The notes: generated by a model not told the origin, from the letters alone. Numbered from the stretch's first letter, positions 1-10,655 are shown. The stretch: 64,000 nt of DNA from Bacteroidales bacterium (GCA_028282585.1 JANQHR010000113.1:1-64000); one strand, 5' to 3'. Made by a program: numbers and translations.

Positions 1-4
1 GTAA

Positions 5-91
5 CTTTGTGTCTTCTTTGTGGTTCTCTGTGTAACAGCCTTTTATAATTATACCACAAAGTTTCACAAAGCAGGCACAAAGAACACTAAG
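5..91. repeat. Inverted arrays of CTTTGTG / CACAAAG units (9-11 bp spacing)
   Basis: CTTTGTG at 5 and 16 and CTCTGTG at 26 face CACAAAG at 55, 65, 76 and CACTAAG at 85. Confidence 0.7.
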
Positions 92-117
92 ACTTTTTGG
101 ACAACCCCTTACTATAT

Positions 118-1743
118 TTATTTTATTATAGGATTGGTGACGTAAACCTGATTATAACCCCGACAGGAAGGAATAGTGTCTAATATTTCGAATTTGGTTT
201 TATCAAAATGCCTATCCTGCACCAAATAAATTGCATCTTTTTTAATTTCAGTTGTTTGTTCGATAATGTTTTGATAGCTAGCAGTCAGATAAAACAAGAA
301 CATATAGTTTGTTATAATTTTTCCATAATATGGATGTGGCTCAACTTCTGGACTCCAATAAGTATATAGTTTTTCATTTTGGTACATCTTACCAACATTT
401 TTGGCAACTTCCCTGCAATGCACATCTTGGGTATTTTGATATCTCTGAGGAAGAACAAACCAATCAAACCCTAACCTGAAAATGAACATGAATACTAGGA
501 ATATTGCTACTCTGAATTCTTTTCTTTTTATAAAGACTATAAAAATAAAGATAATTGCAATGCTCAATACAATAACCTTAATGTAATAAAGCTTAACCGT
601 TAGAATTTCAGGATAAAACTTTGAGGCTATGATAAAAGCTATAAAAACAACCACTATAGTAGCTGCAAAAAATATATCTACTAATAATTTGTTCAGAATA
701 AACTGTTTATCTGTACGGTTTTCATAAAAGTAAACAAGAACTGTAAATGCTAAAGGAACTAACATGATTAAATATCGAGCATAAACTTCAACTGAAAACC
801 AATAAATCAGAATATTAAACAAGAAAATTAATGCGTTAAAATGTACAAAGTCATTTTCTCTTAGTTTCTTAAAAAAGTCTTTTCTGATTAGAAAAACAAC
901 AAATAATGTCCATGGCAGGAAATGATAAATCATCTCAAAAGGAAATGTAAATAAATTTAAAACGGTTTTAACAATACCAAACCTTATTCCGGTTCGCCTT
1001 GATGATTCTGTAAATAATGTTCCAAAAAGTTCAGCTGGTTGAATTTGATTTTTTGTAAAATACAAATAGTAATAACCGCCAACAATAATTAAGAAAATTC
1101 CAATTCCTACAAAATGTTTCCAATTAAATAAGAGTTTGAATTTTCGCTTCCATATAAAGAAAGTAAATAAAGTAATACCTGTAAACACAACTGTGGGTAA
1201 TCCCTTCATAAGATATGTTATCGCAGATATAAGATATACAAATACAAATAAAGAGAGAAGTTTATCCTTTTTGTAAAATCTATAAACCGTTATGAAAGAA
1301 ATATAAGTTAACCATGAATAACTTATGTCAATTAAACCATGCAGGGATTCATAAATTATGAGCCTTCCGCAAGTCATAAACATAATTGAAGTTATAATTG
1401 CTATTTTTTCACCAAGTTCTTTTTTAACGACAAAGAATATAGTTAATGTAAAAAAGAAAATACTTGCAACTGCAGGGAATCGCATCCAAAATTCGTTGTA
1501 TTGGCCAGACATTTCAAAAAATAAATGAATGATCCAGTTATATAGTGGAGGTTTTTTAAAATATAAAGCACCACTTAATGTTGGTGTGATAAAATCATCT
1601 GATAATTTCATTTCTAGGGCTACTAATCCACGTATTCCTTCATCAGGTATAAATGGCAATAAACCCAGATTAATAAAATAAGCAGGTATAAATAATATTA
1701 AGGATATTATAAAAATATATCTGTGATTTAAACTTTTAAACAT
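118..1743 (-). CDS. ArnT-like (GT83/GT39-type) polytopic membrane glycosyltransferase
   Basis: PDEG...EM, 'YFKKPPLYNW', 'MKG' motifs; many TM segments. Confidence 0.8.
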   Translation of the reverse strand: MFKSLNHRYIFIISLILFIPAYFINLGLLPFIPDEGIRGLVALEMKLSDDFITPTLSGALYFKKPPLYNWIIHLFFEMSGQYNEFWMRFPAVASIFFFTLTIFFVVKKELGEKIAIITSIMFMTCGRLIIYESLHGLIDISYSWLTYISFITVYRFYKKDKLLSLFVFVYLISAITYLMKGLPTVVFTGITLFTFFIWKRKFKLLFNWKHFVGIGIFLIIVGGYYYLYFTKNQIQPAELFGTLFTESSRRTGIRFGIVKTVLNLFTFPFEMIYHFLPWTLFVVFLIRKDFFKKLRENDFVHFNALIFLFNILIYWFSVEVYARYLIMLVPLAFTVLVYFYENRTDKQFILNKLLVDIFFAATIVVVFIAFIIASKFYPEILTVKLYYIKVIVLSIAIIFIFIVFIKRKEFRVAIFLVFMFIFRLGFDWFVLPQRYQNTQDVHCREVAKNVGKMYQNEKLYTYWSPEVEPHPYYGKIITNYMFLFYLTASYQNIIEQTTEIKKDAIYLVQDRHFDKTKFEILDTIPSCRGYNQVYVTNPIIK

Positions 1744-3326
1744 TATTCAAGGGTTTCAAGGTTAACATTTGAATAGACCAAAGTAATACGAATCTCAAAT
1801 AAATCTTTGGTTCTAACAATTTCTCTTGCACCCTTAATTCCTTCGAGTTGGTCTTCATACCTTGCATTCGTTAATAAAAGGGCATTTTCGTTTTCTTCAA
1901 AAAAACGATTAATCTCTTCTACACTGTTTAAACGTGGAATAACCTTTTTTGCATAAAAAGTAAATGATGGATTAAACCTGCCATAAAAAGCTACATTTTC
2001 AATTTCTCCTACTATTCTCCTGGTTTCAGCAACTGGATTGGTTGAATCTATTTTAGGATAAATAATGAAAAATATTAATAATGATGTTATGATCCAGCCC
2101 GAAGAAAGGGCGATCAATGACTTTTTATTTTCTTTAATTCTGCTAAAATAAAATCCAATTAATGACGCTGCTGAAATTATTAATAACAGAAAAGCATAAT
2201 TTTTTAAATGTGATAAATCTTTTTCTAAATGAAAACCGATATAAGCTGCAATGGTAATGAATATTCCAATTAAAAAACTAATTATAAAATAAGATTTTAA
2301 ATTTTTCTTTTCTAACCTACTAATATAAGATCCAATAAGTATTGCTAAAAATGGATACGAGGGCATAGGATAATTAGGAAGTTTTGTACTTGAAATTGAG
2401 AAGAAACCTACAATTACCAATGAAACTATAATTAAGAATAAGTATAATTTGTTTTCTTTCCTTGATTTCCAACTACTTTGAAAAGCTCTGAAAATGAAAA
2501 TTGAGAACGGTAATAAACCTAAAATTACAAAAACGGTTGGTAATAAAAATGTACCACCATGTCCTTCCATTGGCCCAGAGAATCTTTCAATATTGTGTTT
2601 AAAGAAAAACCCGGATACCCACTCTCCATCTGTAGCCTCATAAACCAAGATGTACCAGGGAAGTGTTACTAAACAATAAATTATAATTCCAATTACTGGT
2701 TTAAATTTTTGAATGGTTTTAAGGTTAAATTCCCGATTAGCAATTAAGAAAAATAAAGCTATTAATCCAGGTAATCCAAGAGCAACAGGCCCTTTTGTTA
2801 GTGTGCCAAGTCCTAGTGCTATATAGAATATGAGTAGTTGCCTGATTTTTTTTGAAACATAGAAATCATAAAATGAAAATAGGCTAAGGCTGATAAAAAA
2901 TATTAAATATGGATCAGGAACAGCTAAATGGAATTCTAAGGCAAAATGCAAAGATGATATCAAAACTATAATACTCCATATTGCAACCTTGGAGTCAAGG
3001 AATTTTCTAGTATAAAAAAAAGTGATTAATAAAGTTCCAATTCCTGCAATTACTGAAAAAAATCTAGCGGCAAATTCATTTACTCCAAAAACCGAGTAAG
3101 AAAGCATCATAAAAAAATAATGAAGTGGTGGTTTGTCTGTTCTTAATTCTCCATTATATGTAGGAACTATAAAATCATTCCTATCCAACATTTCTCTTGC
3201 ACAAACAGAATTTTTCGATTCGTCTAAGATATAAATACTTACCCCCCAAATGTTTGAGGAAAATACAAAAGCCCCTAATACAATAATAAAAAATAATAGA
3301 GATTTTTCTTTTCTAAAATGAGTCAT
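1743..3326 (-). CDS. ArnT-like (GT83/GT39-type) polytopic membrane glycosyltransferase
   Basis: 'LDESKN..CAREM', 'DKPPLHY', 'TKGP', 'KLPNY' motifs; ATG at 3326 preferred over the ORF-track start at 3350. Confidence 0.85.
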   Translation of the reverse strand: MTHFRKEKSLLFFIIVLGAFVFSSNIWGVSIYILDESKNSVCAREMLDRNDFIVPTYNGELRTDKPPLHYFFMMLSYSVFGVNEFAARFFSVIAGIGTLLITFFYTRKFLDSKVAIWSIIVLISSLHFALEFHLAVPDPYLIFFISLSLFSFYDFYVSKKIRQLLIFYIALGLGTLTKGPVALGLPGLIALFFLIANREFNLKTIQKFKPVIGIIIYCLVTLPWYILVYEATDGEWVSGFFFKHNIERFSGPMEGHGGTFLLPTVFVILGLLPFSIFIFRAFQSSWKSRKENKLYLFLIIVSLVIVGFFSISSTKLPNYPMPSYPFLAILIGSYISRLEKKNLKSYFIISFLIGIFITIAAYIGFHLEKDLSHLKNYAFLLLIISAASLIGFYFSRIKENKKSLIALSSGWIITSLLIFFIIYPKIDSTNPVAETRRIVGEIENVAFYGRFNPSFTFYAKKVIPRLNSVEEINRFFEENENALLLTNARYEDQLEGIKGAREIVRTKDLFEIRITLVYSNVNLETLE

Positions 3327-3525
3327 ATATTTGTGTTTTATACCACACAATAGGTATTATCAAGTTAGATATAAAAAACAGGCGTTCAAAGTAACAAAAA
3401 AAATAAAAAAATATCCAAATGAAATGTCATGGTTGTTACATTTTATGTTGAATTAATCATTTGGTAATCTTTAATTAAAGTGTTATTCTTGATCAAGATG
3501 TTAATATTGCTAAAAAGTTTATTAA

Positions 3526-4488
3526 ATGAAAAATATAAAACTTTCAATTGTAGTTTCAGTTTTTAACGAAGAAGAAAATGTGATCCCATTAACAAAGAAT
3601 ATTAATCTGGCTTTAAAAGGTTTTAATTACGAAATAATATATGTTGATGATGGATCAACAGATGAAACTGTAAGTATAATTAGATCATTAAAGGATCCAA
3701 ATGTGCATCTGCTGGAATTGCAAAAGAATTATGGTCAGAGTTCAGCGCTAGCAGCAGGAATTGACTATGCAACAGGAGATTATATTGTCACAATGGATGG
3801 TGATTTACAAAATGACCCAACGGATATTCCAAATATGGTAAAGCTTGCCAAAGAAGAGAACTGGGACTTAGTGGCAGGTATTCGTGCAAAAAGAAAAGAT
3901 GGTTTTGTATTAAGAAAATTACCTTCTAAAATAGCGAACTACATTATCCGAAAATCTACTGGTGTACATATGAAAGACAATGGTTGTGCGCTTAAGGTAT
4001 TCAAATCAGATATAGCTAAGAGTATTGGATTGTATGGTGAATTGCACCGTTTCATAGCTATTTTGGCACATTTTGAAGGAGCTAAAATTACTCAGGTTGA
4101 TGTTAAGCATCATCCTCGGATTCATGGTAAATCAAAATACGGATTGACCAGGACATTTAAAGTAATCAGCGATTTAATGTTGATGTTGTTCTTTAAAAAG
4201 TATTTACAAAAACCAATGCATTTATTTGGCACGATTGGTTTCATTTCTACATTTGCAGGAATAGCAATCAATTTTTATTTGTTAATACTTAAATTATTAG
4301 GAAATGATATCTGGGGAAAACCCTTATTGATTTTAGGTGTGATCTTATTTATCGGAGGGATTCAATTTATCACTATAGGAATTTTGGCTGAGTTTCTTAT
4401 GAGGACCTATTATGAGTCGCAACAAAAAAAGCCATACCGAGTTAAAAATATATTTATAAGTGAAAAAGAAGTATTGGAATCTGCTTAA
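3526..4488 (+). CDS. GT2 polyprenyl-phosphate glycosyltransferase (ArnC/GtrB-like)
   Basis: 'VDDGSTD', 'NYGQS', 'MDGDLQNDP', 'GELHRFI', two C-terminal TM helices. Confidence 0.9.
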   Translation: MKNIKLSIVVSVFNEEENVIPLTKNINLALKGFNYEIIYVDDGSTDETVSIIRSLKDPNVHLLELQKNYGQSSALAAGIDYATGDYIVTMDGDLQNDPTDIPNMVKLAKEENWDLVAGIRAKRKDGFVLRKLPSKIANYIIRKSTGVHMKDNGCALKVFKSDIAKSIGLYGELHRFIAILAHFEGAKITQVDVKHHPRIHGKSKYGLTRTFKVISDLMLMLFFKKYLQKPMHLFGTIGFISTFAGIAINFYLLILKLLGNDIWGKPLLILGVILFIGGIQFITIGILAEFLMRTYYESQQKKPYRVKNIFISEKEVLESA

Positions 4489-5317
4489 AACAATAGGAAA
4501 ATTCCTTGTAACAGGAATTGCTCTCTATTGGGTATTTACTAAAATAAATTTTACCGAAGTAATTGGAATAATTGGCAAATCAAAAATATTTGATATGGCA
4601 ATAGCGATTGGTCTTTTTGCCTTGTCAAAGATAATTGCTTCCATGAGGTTGAATTTAATATTTAAAGAAACAAATATTGATATAGACTTTCAACCAAATT
4701 TGAAACTATATTGGTTGGGTATGTTCTATAATTTGTTTTTACCGGGTGGAATAGGAGGAGATGGATATAAAATTTATTTAATTAATAAAAATAAGAGAAC
4801 TACGGTTAAATCAGCATTTGGAGCTGTATTTGTTGACCGTTTGGTAGGTGTTTTAGCGTTAACGGTACTCGTAACTTTTATTGTTCCATTTATTGAACAG
4901 ATTTTTCCATATCAAAAGTTTACTTTTTTACTTACTTTTTTGCTTCTTGGTGGATTTTATATATTTCTCAGGCTTTTCTATAAATTATACATAGGACTTT
5001 ATCCAACAATTTTTGTTTATTCTCTCGGAGTTCAAATGCTACAGTTAATTTGTGCCTATTTTATTTTATCGGCATTAGGGTACCAGGATGAAGTATTTAA
5101 ATACCTCACTTTATTTTTAGTTTCATCAATTGTTGCAATTCTTCCGTTAACAATTGGAGGAGTGGGAGCAAGAGAATTTACGTTTTTGGTTGGTGCAAAT
5201 TATTTGGCACTGAATCCCGAAATATCAATCGCATTGAGCTTATCATTTTATTTGATAACTGCTCTTGTTTCTTTGGTCGGAATTATCTGGGTAATAAAAC
5301 CAATAAAACTTGATTAA
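4460..5317 (+). CDS. Lysylphosphatidylglycerol-synthase TM / flippase-like protein (UPF0104-like)
   Basis: 'FYNLFLPGGIGGD' and 'P.TIGGVGARE' motifs; hydrophobic; GTG start overlaps the GT2 gene. Confidence 0.8.
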   Translation: MKKKYWNLLKTIGKFLVTGIALYWVFTKINFTEVIGIIGKSKIFDMAIAIGLFALSKIIASMRLNLIFKETNIDIDFQPNLKLYWLGMFYNLFLPGGIGGDGYKIYLINKNKRTTVKSAFGAVFVDRLVGVLALTVLVTFIVPFIEQIFPYQKFTFLLTFLLLGGFYIFLRLFYKLYIGLYPTIFVYSLGVQMLQLICAYFILSALGYQDEVFKYLTLFLVSSIVAILPLTIGGVGAREFTFLVGANYLALNPEISIALSLSFYLITALVSLVGIIWVIKPIKLD

Positions 5318-5321
5318 AATT

Positions 5322-6356
5322 TTAATGAATCCAACCTTGGGCCTGTAACTGAATACTTTCGCCTGCAGAAGTTATTAAAACTGCACCGTGTTTTTTATCC
5401 GCAATATGACCTATTGGGTGTATTAGTGGATTGTTTTTTACTATTTCCAAATCATTTACATTAATTGTAAAAAGTAGTTCATAATCTTCACCTCCATTTA
5501 GTGCGGCTGTTAATGGCTCCATATTAAATTCAGTAGCCATCTTTGAAGCATTTTCATCGATAGGTATTTTATCTTGAAAAATTTTGCAACCAACATCCGA
5601 TTTTTCGCAAATGTGTTTAATTTCAGAAGATAATCCATCAGAAATATCAATCATTGATGTTGGCTTAATGCCTGAATCTTTAAAAAAATCAATTACTTCT
5701 TTTCTGGCTTCTGGTTTTAACTGGCGTTGTAGAATATAATCATATCCTTCCAAACTTGGTTTGAAGTTAGGATCATTATTAAATAATTCCTTTTCTCGTT
5801 CAAGTAATTGTAATCCCATATAAGCGCTTCCCAGGTTACCAGTAACACAAAGTATATCATTCTTTTTTGCACTACTTCGGTAAACGATATCACTTTTTTG
5901 AGCTTCTCCAATCGCGGTAATACTTATTGTTAAGCCTGTTAATGAAGAAGCTGTGTCACCACCAATTAAATCAACATTATAATTCTCACATGCAAGTTTA
6001 ATTCCATTGTAAATTTCTTCAACATGCTCAATGGCAAATTTCTTTGATATTGCAATAGAAACTATTATTTGTTTTGGAGTCGCATTCATGGCATAAACGT
6101 CAGAAAGATTTACAACCACAGCTTTATAACCTAAATGTTTTAAAGGAGAATAAATTAAATTAAAATGGATTCCTTCTGCCAATAAATCTGTTGTAACAAC
6201 TGCACAAGTTTTACCATAATCTATTACAGCAGCATCATCACCAATTCCTTTTAAGGTATTTGAATGTTTAAGATTTATATCTTTCGTAATGTGGTTGATA
6301 AGTCCAAATTCACCTAATTCTGATATTTCTTTATATTTCTTTGTGTTTTCACTCAT
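5322..6356 (-). CDS. thiL: Thiamine-monophosphate kinase
   Basis: 'GEFGLI', 'GIGDDAA', 'NLSDVYAM', 'DISDGL', 'GGEDYELLFT'. Confidence 0.95.
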   Translation of the reverse strand: MSENTKKYKEISELGEFGLINHITKDINLKHSNTLKGIGDDAAVIDYGKTCAVVTTDLLAEGIHFNLIYSPLKHLGYKAVVVNLSDVYAMNATPKQIIVSIAISKKFAIEHVEEIYNGIKLACENYNVDLIGGDTASSLTGLTISITAIGEAQKSDIVYRSSAKKNDILCVTGNLGSAYMGLQLLEREKELFNNDPNFKPSLEGYDYILQRQLKPEARKEVIDFFKDSGIKPTSMIDISDGLSSEIKHICEKSDVGCKIFQDKIPIDENASKMATEFNMEPLTAALNGGEDYELLFTINVNDLEIVKNNPLIHPIGHIADKKHGAVLITSAGESIQLQAQGWIH

Positions 6357-6427
6357 CTTTAGAATTGATATTTATCATTAATAAAAAAGATTAAACAATG
6401 ATCCTTTAATTGTTGTTAGATTTTAAA

Positions 6428-6461
6428 TATATTTGTACCCCAATTTAGAATTAATCTATTT
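6428..6461 (+). promoter_or_regulatory. suf promoter (-7 TAnnTTTG) followed by a Fur-box-like imperfect inverted repeat
   Basis: TATATTTG at 6428-6435; ATTTAGAATTAATCTATTT at 6443-6461. Confidence 0.5.
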
Positions 6462-6498
6462 AAATTTAGCTTAGATCCTAAAAGAGTTTTGCAAAGTT

Positions 6499-7947
6499 AT
6501 GGAAAAAGATCAAGATAAAATATTAAATGAAGTAACGCAGGGAGAGTATAAATACGGGTTTGTTACAGATATTGAGGCAGAGGCGATTCCAAAGGGATTG
6601 AATGAGGATGTAGTTCGCTTGATATCACAAAAGAAAAACGAGCCTGAATTTATGTTGGATTTTAGATTAAAGGCGTTTCGACACTGGCAAACCATGAAGA
6701 TGCCCGAATGGGCACATCTTAAAATACCAGAAATTAACTATCAGGATATTATTTATTATTCGGCTCCAAAGCAAAAAGCTAAATTGGAAAGTATGGATGA
6801 TGTTGACCCTGAGTTGAAAGAAACTTTTGAAAAGTTAGGAATTCCGTTAGATGAACAAAAACAGCTTGCCGGAGTTGCGGTGGATGCAGTTATGGATAGT
6901 GTTTCCGTAAAAACTACATTTAAAGAAAACTTGGCTGAGCTCGGTATTATTTTTTGTTCTTTTAGCGAGGCTGTCCAAGAACATCCTGATTTAGTTAAAA
7001 AGTACATGGGGTCAGTGGTTCCGTACACTGATAATTATTTTGCAGCATTAAATTCTGCCGTATTTAGTGATGGATCGTTCTGTTATATTCCTAAAGGGGT
7101 GCGGTGTCCAATGGAGTTGTCTACATATTTTAGAATTAATGCAGCCAATACAGGTCAATTTGAAAGGACATTGATAGTGGCAGATGATGATTCATACGTA
7201 AGTTATCTTGAAGGATGCACTGCACCGCAGCGTGATGAAAATCAGTTGCATGCGGCTATAGTTGAAATTGTTGCAGCGCGTAATGCAGAAGTTAAGTATT
7301 CTACAGTACAGAATTGGTACCCCGGTGATAAAAATGGTAATGGAGGAATTTATAATTTTGTTACAAAACGTGGTAAATGTGCAGGTGAAAATTCAAAGAT
7401 ATCTTGGACGCAAGTAGAAACTGGATCGGCAATTACCTGGAAATACCCAAGCTGTATTTTATTAGGAGATAACTCTGTTGGAGAATTTTATTCTGTTGCT
7501 GTAACTAATAATTATCAACAGGCAGATACTGGTACAAAGATGATTCATATTGGTAAAAACACGAAAAGTATAATCGTATCAAAAGGAATTTCTGCAGGGT
7601 TTAGTGAAAATAGTTATCGGGGATTAGTTAAGGTAGTTAAGAATGCTAGAAATGCAAGAAATTTCTCTCAATGTGATAGCCTTTTATTAGGAGATAGGTG
7701 TGGCGCTCATACATTTCCCTATATCGAAGTTGATAATAAGGATTCAATAGTTGAACATGAAGCAACTACATCTAAAATTGGAGAAGATCAAATTTTCTAT
7801 TGTAACCAGAGAGGTATTAAAACCGAGGATGCAATTGGTTTAATAGTAAATGGTTACGCTAAAGAAGTTTTAAATAAATTACCAATGGAATTTGCTGTAG
7901 AAGCTCAGAAACTATTACAAATTAGCCTGGAAGGCAGTGTAGGATAG
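6499..7947 (+). CDS. sufB: Fe-S cluster assembly scaffold SufB
   Basis: 'YLEGCTAP', 'YSTVQNWY', 'EHEATTSKI'; first gene of suf operon. Confidence 0.98.
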   Translation: MEKDQDKILNEVTQGEYKYGFVTDIEAEAIPKGLNEDVVRLISQKKNEPEFMLDFRLKAFRHWQTMKMPEWAHLKIPEINYQDIIYYSAPKQKAKLESMDDVDPELKETFEKLGIPLDEQKQLAGVAVDAVMDSVSVKTTFKENLAELGIIFCSFSEAVQEHPDLVKKYMGSVVPYTDNYFAALNSAVFSDGSFCYIPKGVRCPMELSTYFRINAANTGQFERTLIVADDDSYVSYLEGCTAPQRDENQLHAAIVEIVAARNAEVKYSTVQNWYPGDKNGNGGIYNFVTKRGKCAGENSKISWTQVETGSAITWKYPSCILLGDNSVGEFYSVAVTNNYQQADTGTKMIHIGKNTKSIIVSKGISAGFSENSYRGLVKVVKNARNARNFSQCDSLLLGDRCGAHTFPYIEVDNKDSIVEHEATTSKIGEDQIFYCNQRGIKTEDAIGLIVNGYAKEVLNKLPMEFAVEAQKLLQISLEGSVG

Positions 7948-7984
7948 AAAAGTTCTGAGTTTGAAGTTAAAAGTTTAATGTTAT

Positions 7985-8374
7985 ATGGCAACTATTGAAA
8001 AATTTGAAGATTTAGAAGTTTGGAAAAAAGCAAGAGAATTATGTAAACAAATTTTTAAGTATACTCAGCGAAACGAATTTTCAAAAGATTTTGCATTAAA
8101 AAATCAAATTAAAGATTAGTCAGGTTCAGTTATGGATAATATAGCAGAGGGATTTGAACGTGAAGGAAAAAAGGAATTTATTCAGTTTTTGTTTATAGCT
8201 AAATCTTCTTTAGCTGAAACAAAGTCTCAACTTTATAGAACTTTAGATCATGAATATATAACAGAAGAAGAATTTAAAGATACATATAATGAATGCAATG
8301 ACATTGCTAAGATGCTAATGGGGTTAATTAAATATCTTCAAAAATCAGAATATAAAGGAATAAAATTCCAATAA
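7985..8374 (+). pseudogene. Four-helix-bundle protein (TIGR02436-like) with internal TAG
   Basis: ATG 7985 reads MATIEKFEDLEVWKKARELC...[19 protein letters not shown] in one frame; stop at 8117-8119. Confidence 0.85.
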
Positions 8375-8416
8375 TTTAATAAACACAAAACATTGAACGT
8401 TAAACAATAATATAAG

Positions 8417-9172
8417 ATGTTATCAATAAAAAATTTACATGCAAATATAGAAGGAAATGAAATTCTAACTGGAGTTAACCTGGAAGTAAAAGCAGGTGAG
8501 GTTCATGCTATTATGGGGCCGAATGGTTCTGGTAAAAGCACATTGGCATCGGTTTTGGCTGGTAGAGAACTATTTGAAGTAACCGAAGGAAAAGTAAAAT
8601 ATTTAGGCAATGACCTTTTGGAACTTTCTCCTGAAGAAAGAGCAAGTGAAGGTATTTTTCTTGGATTTCAATATCCAATCGAAATTCCCGGAGTAAGTAT
8701 GGTTAATTTTATGAAAACTGCTGTTAATGAGCAAAGAAAGCATAAGGGATTAGAGCCATTATCATCGCAAGATTTTCTAAAATTAATGCGCGAGAAAAAA
8801 GCATTAGTTGAACTGGATACTGCATTGGCTAATCGTTCGGTAAATGAAGGATTCTCAGGAGGTGAAAAAAAGAGAAATGAAATATTTCAAATGGCTATGC
8901 TGGAGCCCAAACTATCAATTTTGGATGAAACTGACTCCGGATTAGATATAGATGCCCTAAAAATTGTTGCTAATGGGGTTAACAAATTAAAATCTTCGGA
9001 AAATGCAACAGTAGTAATTACGCATTATCAAAGATTATTAGAATACATAGTCCCAGATTATGTTCATGTACTTTATAATGGTAAAATCATTAAATCTGGA
9101 AATAAAGAGTTGGCTATAGAGCTTGAAAAAAAAGGATATGATTGGTTGAAAAAAGAAGAGTTAGCACAATAG
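8417..9172 (+). CDS. sufC: Fe-S cluster assembly ATPase SufC
   Basis: Walker A GPNGSGKS, 'FSGGEKKRNE', 'LDETDSGLD'. Confidence 0.98.
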   Translation: MLSIKNLHANIEGNEILTGVNLEVKAGEVHAIMGPNGSGKSTLASVLAGRELFEVTEGKVKYLGNDLLELSPEERASEGIFLGFQYPIEIPGVSMVNFMKTAVNEQRKHKGLEPLSSQDFLKLMREKKALVELDTALANRSVNEGFSGGEKKRNEIFQMAMLEPKLSILDETDSGLDIDALKIVANGVNKLKSSENATVVITHYQRLLEYIVPDYVHVLYNGKIIKSGNKELAIELEKKGYDWLKKEELAQ

Positions 9173-9207
9173 TTTGAAAACTATAGTCGGATTTTAAAAA
9201 GCAAATT

Positions 9208-10575
9208 ATGAGCTTGGATACGGTTAAAATAGAAACAAAAGATAAATTCATTGAATTATATCAAGAAAACAAAGAATTGATTCAAAATGATTCTCCCGAT
9301 TACATTAATGAGATAAGGAACAACGCTTTTGAACAATTTAAAAATCTAGGTTTTCCCGATAAGAAAAGTGAGAAGTATAAATATACTGATCTGGATAAGG
9401 AATTTAATAACGGTTATAGAACCTATTTGTCACCTAAAAATATAAAATTTCAAATCAACGATATTTTCAGATGCGATGTGCCAGAGTTAAACACAAAAGT
9501 AATTTTACTTTTAAATGGTTGGTATTATGATAGAGAAAATCTGATTAACGAGCTTCCTAATGGAGCTATTGTTGGAAGTTTACAGGCAGCGGCTAAATTA
9601 TATCCTGAAATATTTAGGAAGCATTTTGCTAGTTATGCTGATGTAGAAAATGAAGGTATGGTAGCCTTAAATACCGCTTTTGCTCAAGATGGTGTTTTTG
9701 TATTTGTTCCAAAGGGTGTTATAATTGAAAAACCTATTCAAATAATAAATATTTTGATGGACGAAGAAGAGGGTTTAACACAACACAGGAATTTATTTGT
9801 ACTTGAAGAAAATAGTCAGGCATCAATAGTTGTTTGCGATCATACCTTATCAACTCCAAATTTCTTGACAAATTCTGTTTCAGAATTTTATATTGGACAA
9901 AATGCGCATTTTGATTTTTCAAGAATGCAAAATGAGCATAACGGATCAAAACAGGTTTCGCATTTATATTTTCAGCAAGAAAGAAATAGTTATGTAAATG
10001 CTAATACAATTTCTTTACACGGTGGCTTAATTAGAAATAATGTAAACGTATTACTGAACGGTGAAGGATGTGAAAACAATACATATGGCCTTTACTTAAC
10101 CGATAAAGGACAACATATAGATAATTATGTGCATATGGATCATGCGTTTCCAAATTGTACAAGCAATCAATTATTTAAAGGTGTATTGGATGATTTTGCA
10201 ACAGGAGTTTTTAACGGTAAAGTTTTGGTAAGAAAAGATGCACAAAAAACACAAGCATTCCAGGCAAACAATAATATCTTGCTAACCGATGATAATGACA
10301 TGAATACAAAGCCTCAGCTTGAAATTTATGCTGATGATGTAAAATGTAGCCATGGTGCAACTGTTGGCCAGTTGGATGAGGATGCATTATTTTATTTGCG
10401 GGCCAGAGGGATTAATAAGAAGGAATCAAAGTTATTATTGATGTATGCTTTTGCCAACGATGTAATAAAAACAATACAGGTTCCTGCTTTAAAGGAAAGA
10501 ATTCAGGATTTAGTTGACAAAAGATTGCGAGGTGAATTATCTCGCTGTAATTCTTGTCAAATGCATTGTTGTTAA
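9208..10575 (+). CDS. sufD: Fe-S cluster assembly protein SufD
   Basis: 'KPQLEIYADDVKCSHGATVG', 'FYLRARGI'. Confidence 0.97.
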   Translation: MSLDTVKIETKDKFIELYQENKELIQNDSPDYINEIRNNAFEQFKNLGFPDKKSEKYKYTDLDKEFNNGYRTYLSPKNIKFQINDIFRCDVPELNTKVILLLNGWYYDRENLINELPNGAIVGSLQAAAKLYPEIFRKHFASYADVENEGMVALNTAFAQDGVFVFVPKGVIIEKPIQIINILMDEEEGLTQHRNLFVLEENSQASIVVCDHTLSTPNFLTNSVSEFYIGQNAHFDFSRMQNEHNGSKQVSHLYFQQERNSYVNANTISLHGGLIRNNVNVLLNGEGCENNTYGLYLTDKGQHIDNYVHMDHAFPNCTSNQLFKGVLDDFATGVFNGKVLVRKDAQKTQAFQANNNILLTDDNDMNTKPQLEIYADDVKCSHGATVGQLDEDALFYLRARGINKKESKLLLMYAFANDVIKTIQVPALKERIQDLVDKRLRGELSRCNSCQMHCC

Positions 10576-10655
10576 TAAGACTAAGATTTGAAACGTAGGT
10601 TTTTTAGCCGAATTAATTCCGAGCGATAACGAGAAATCTATTATAAAAAGTAAAA

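Noticed and set aside
92-108. ACTTTTTGGACAACCCC as an insertion-sequence end
   Set aside because: No partner inverted repeat or transposase in the window, so it cannot be supported
10614-10640. Degenerate REP-like half sites (ATTCCGAGCGATAACGAGAAATCT here; GTCATTCTGAATGAAATGAAGAATCT at 52014-52039)
   Set aside because: Single arms with weak mutual similarity, too degenerate to call from this window alone
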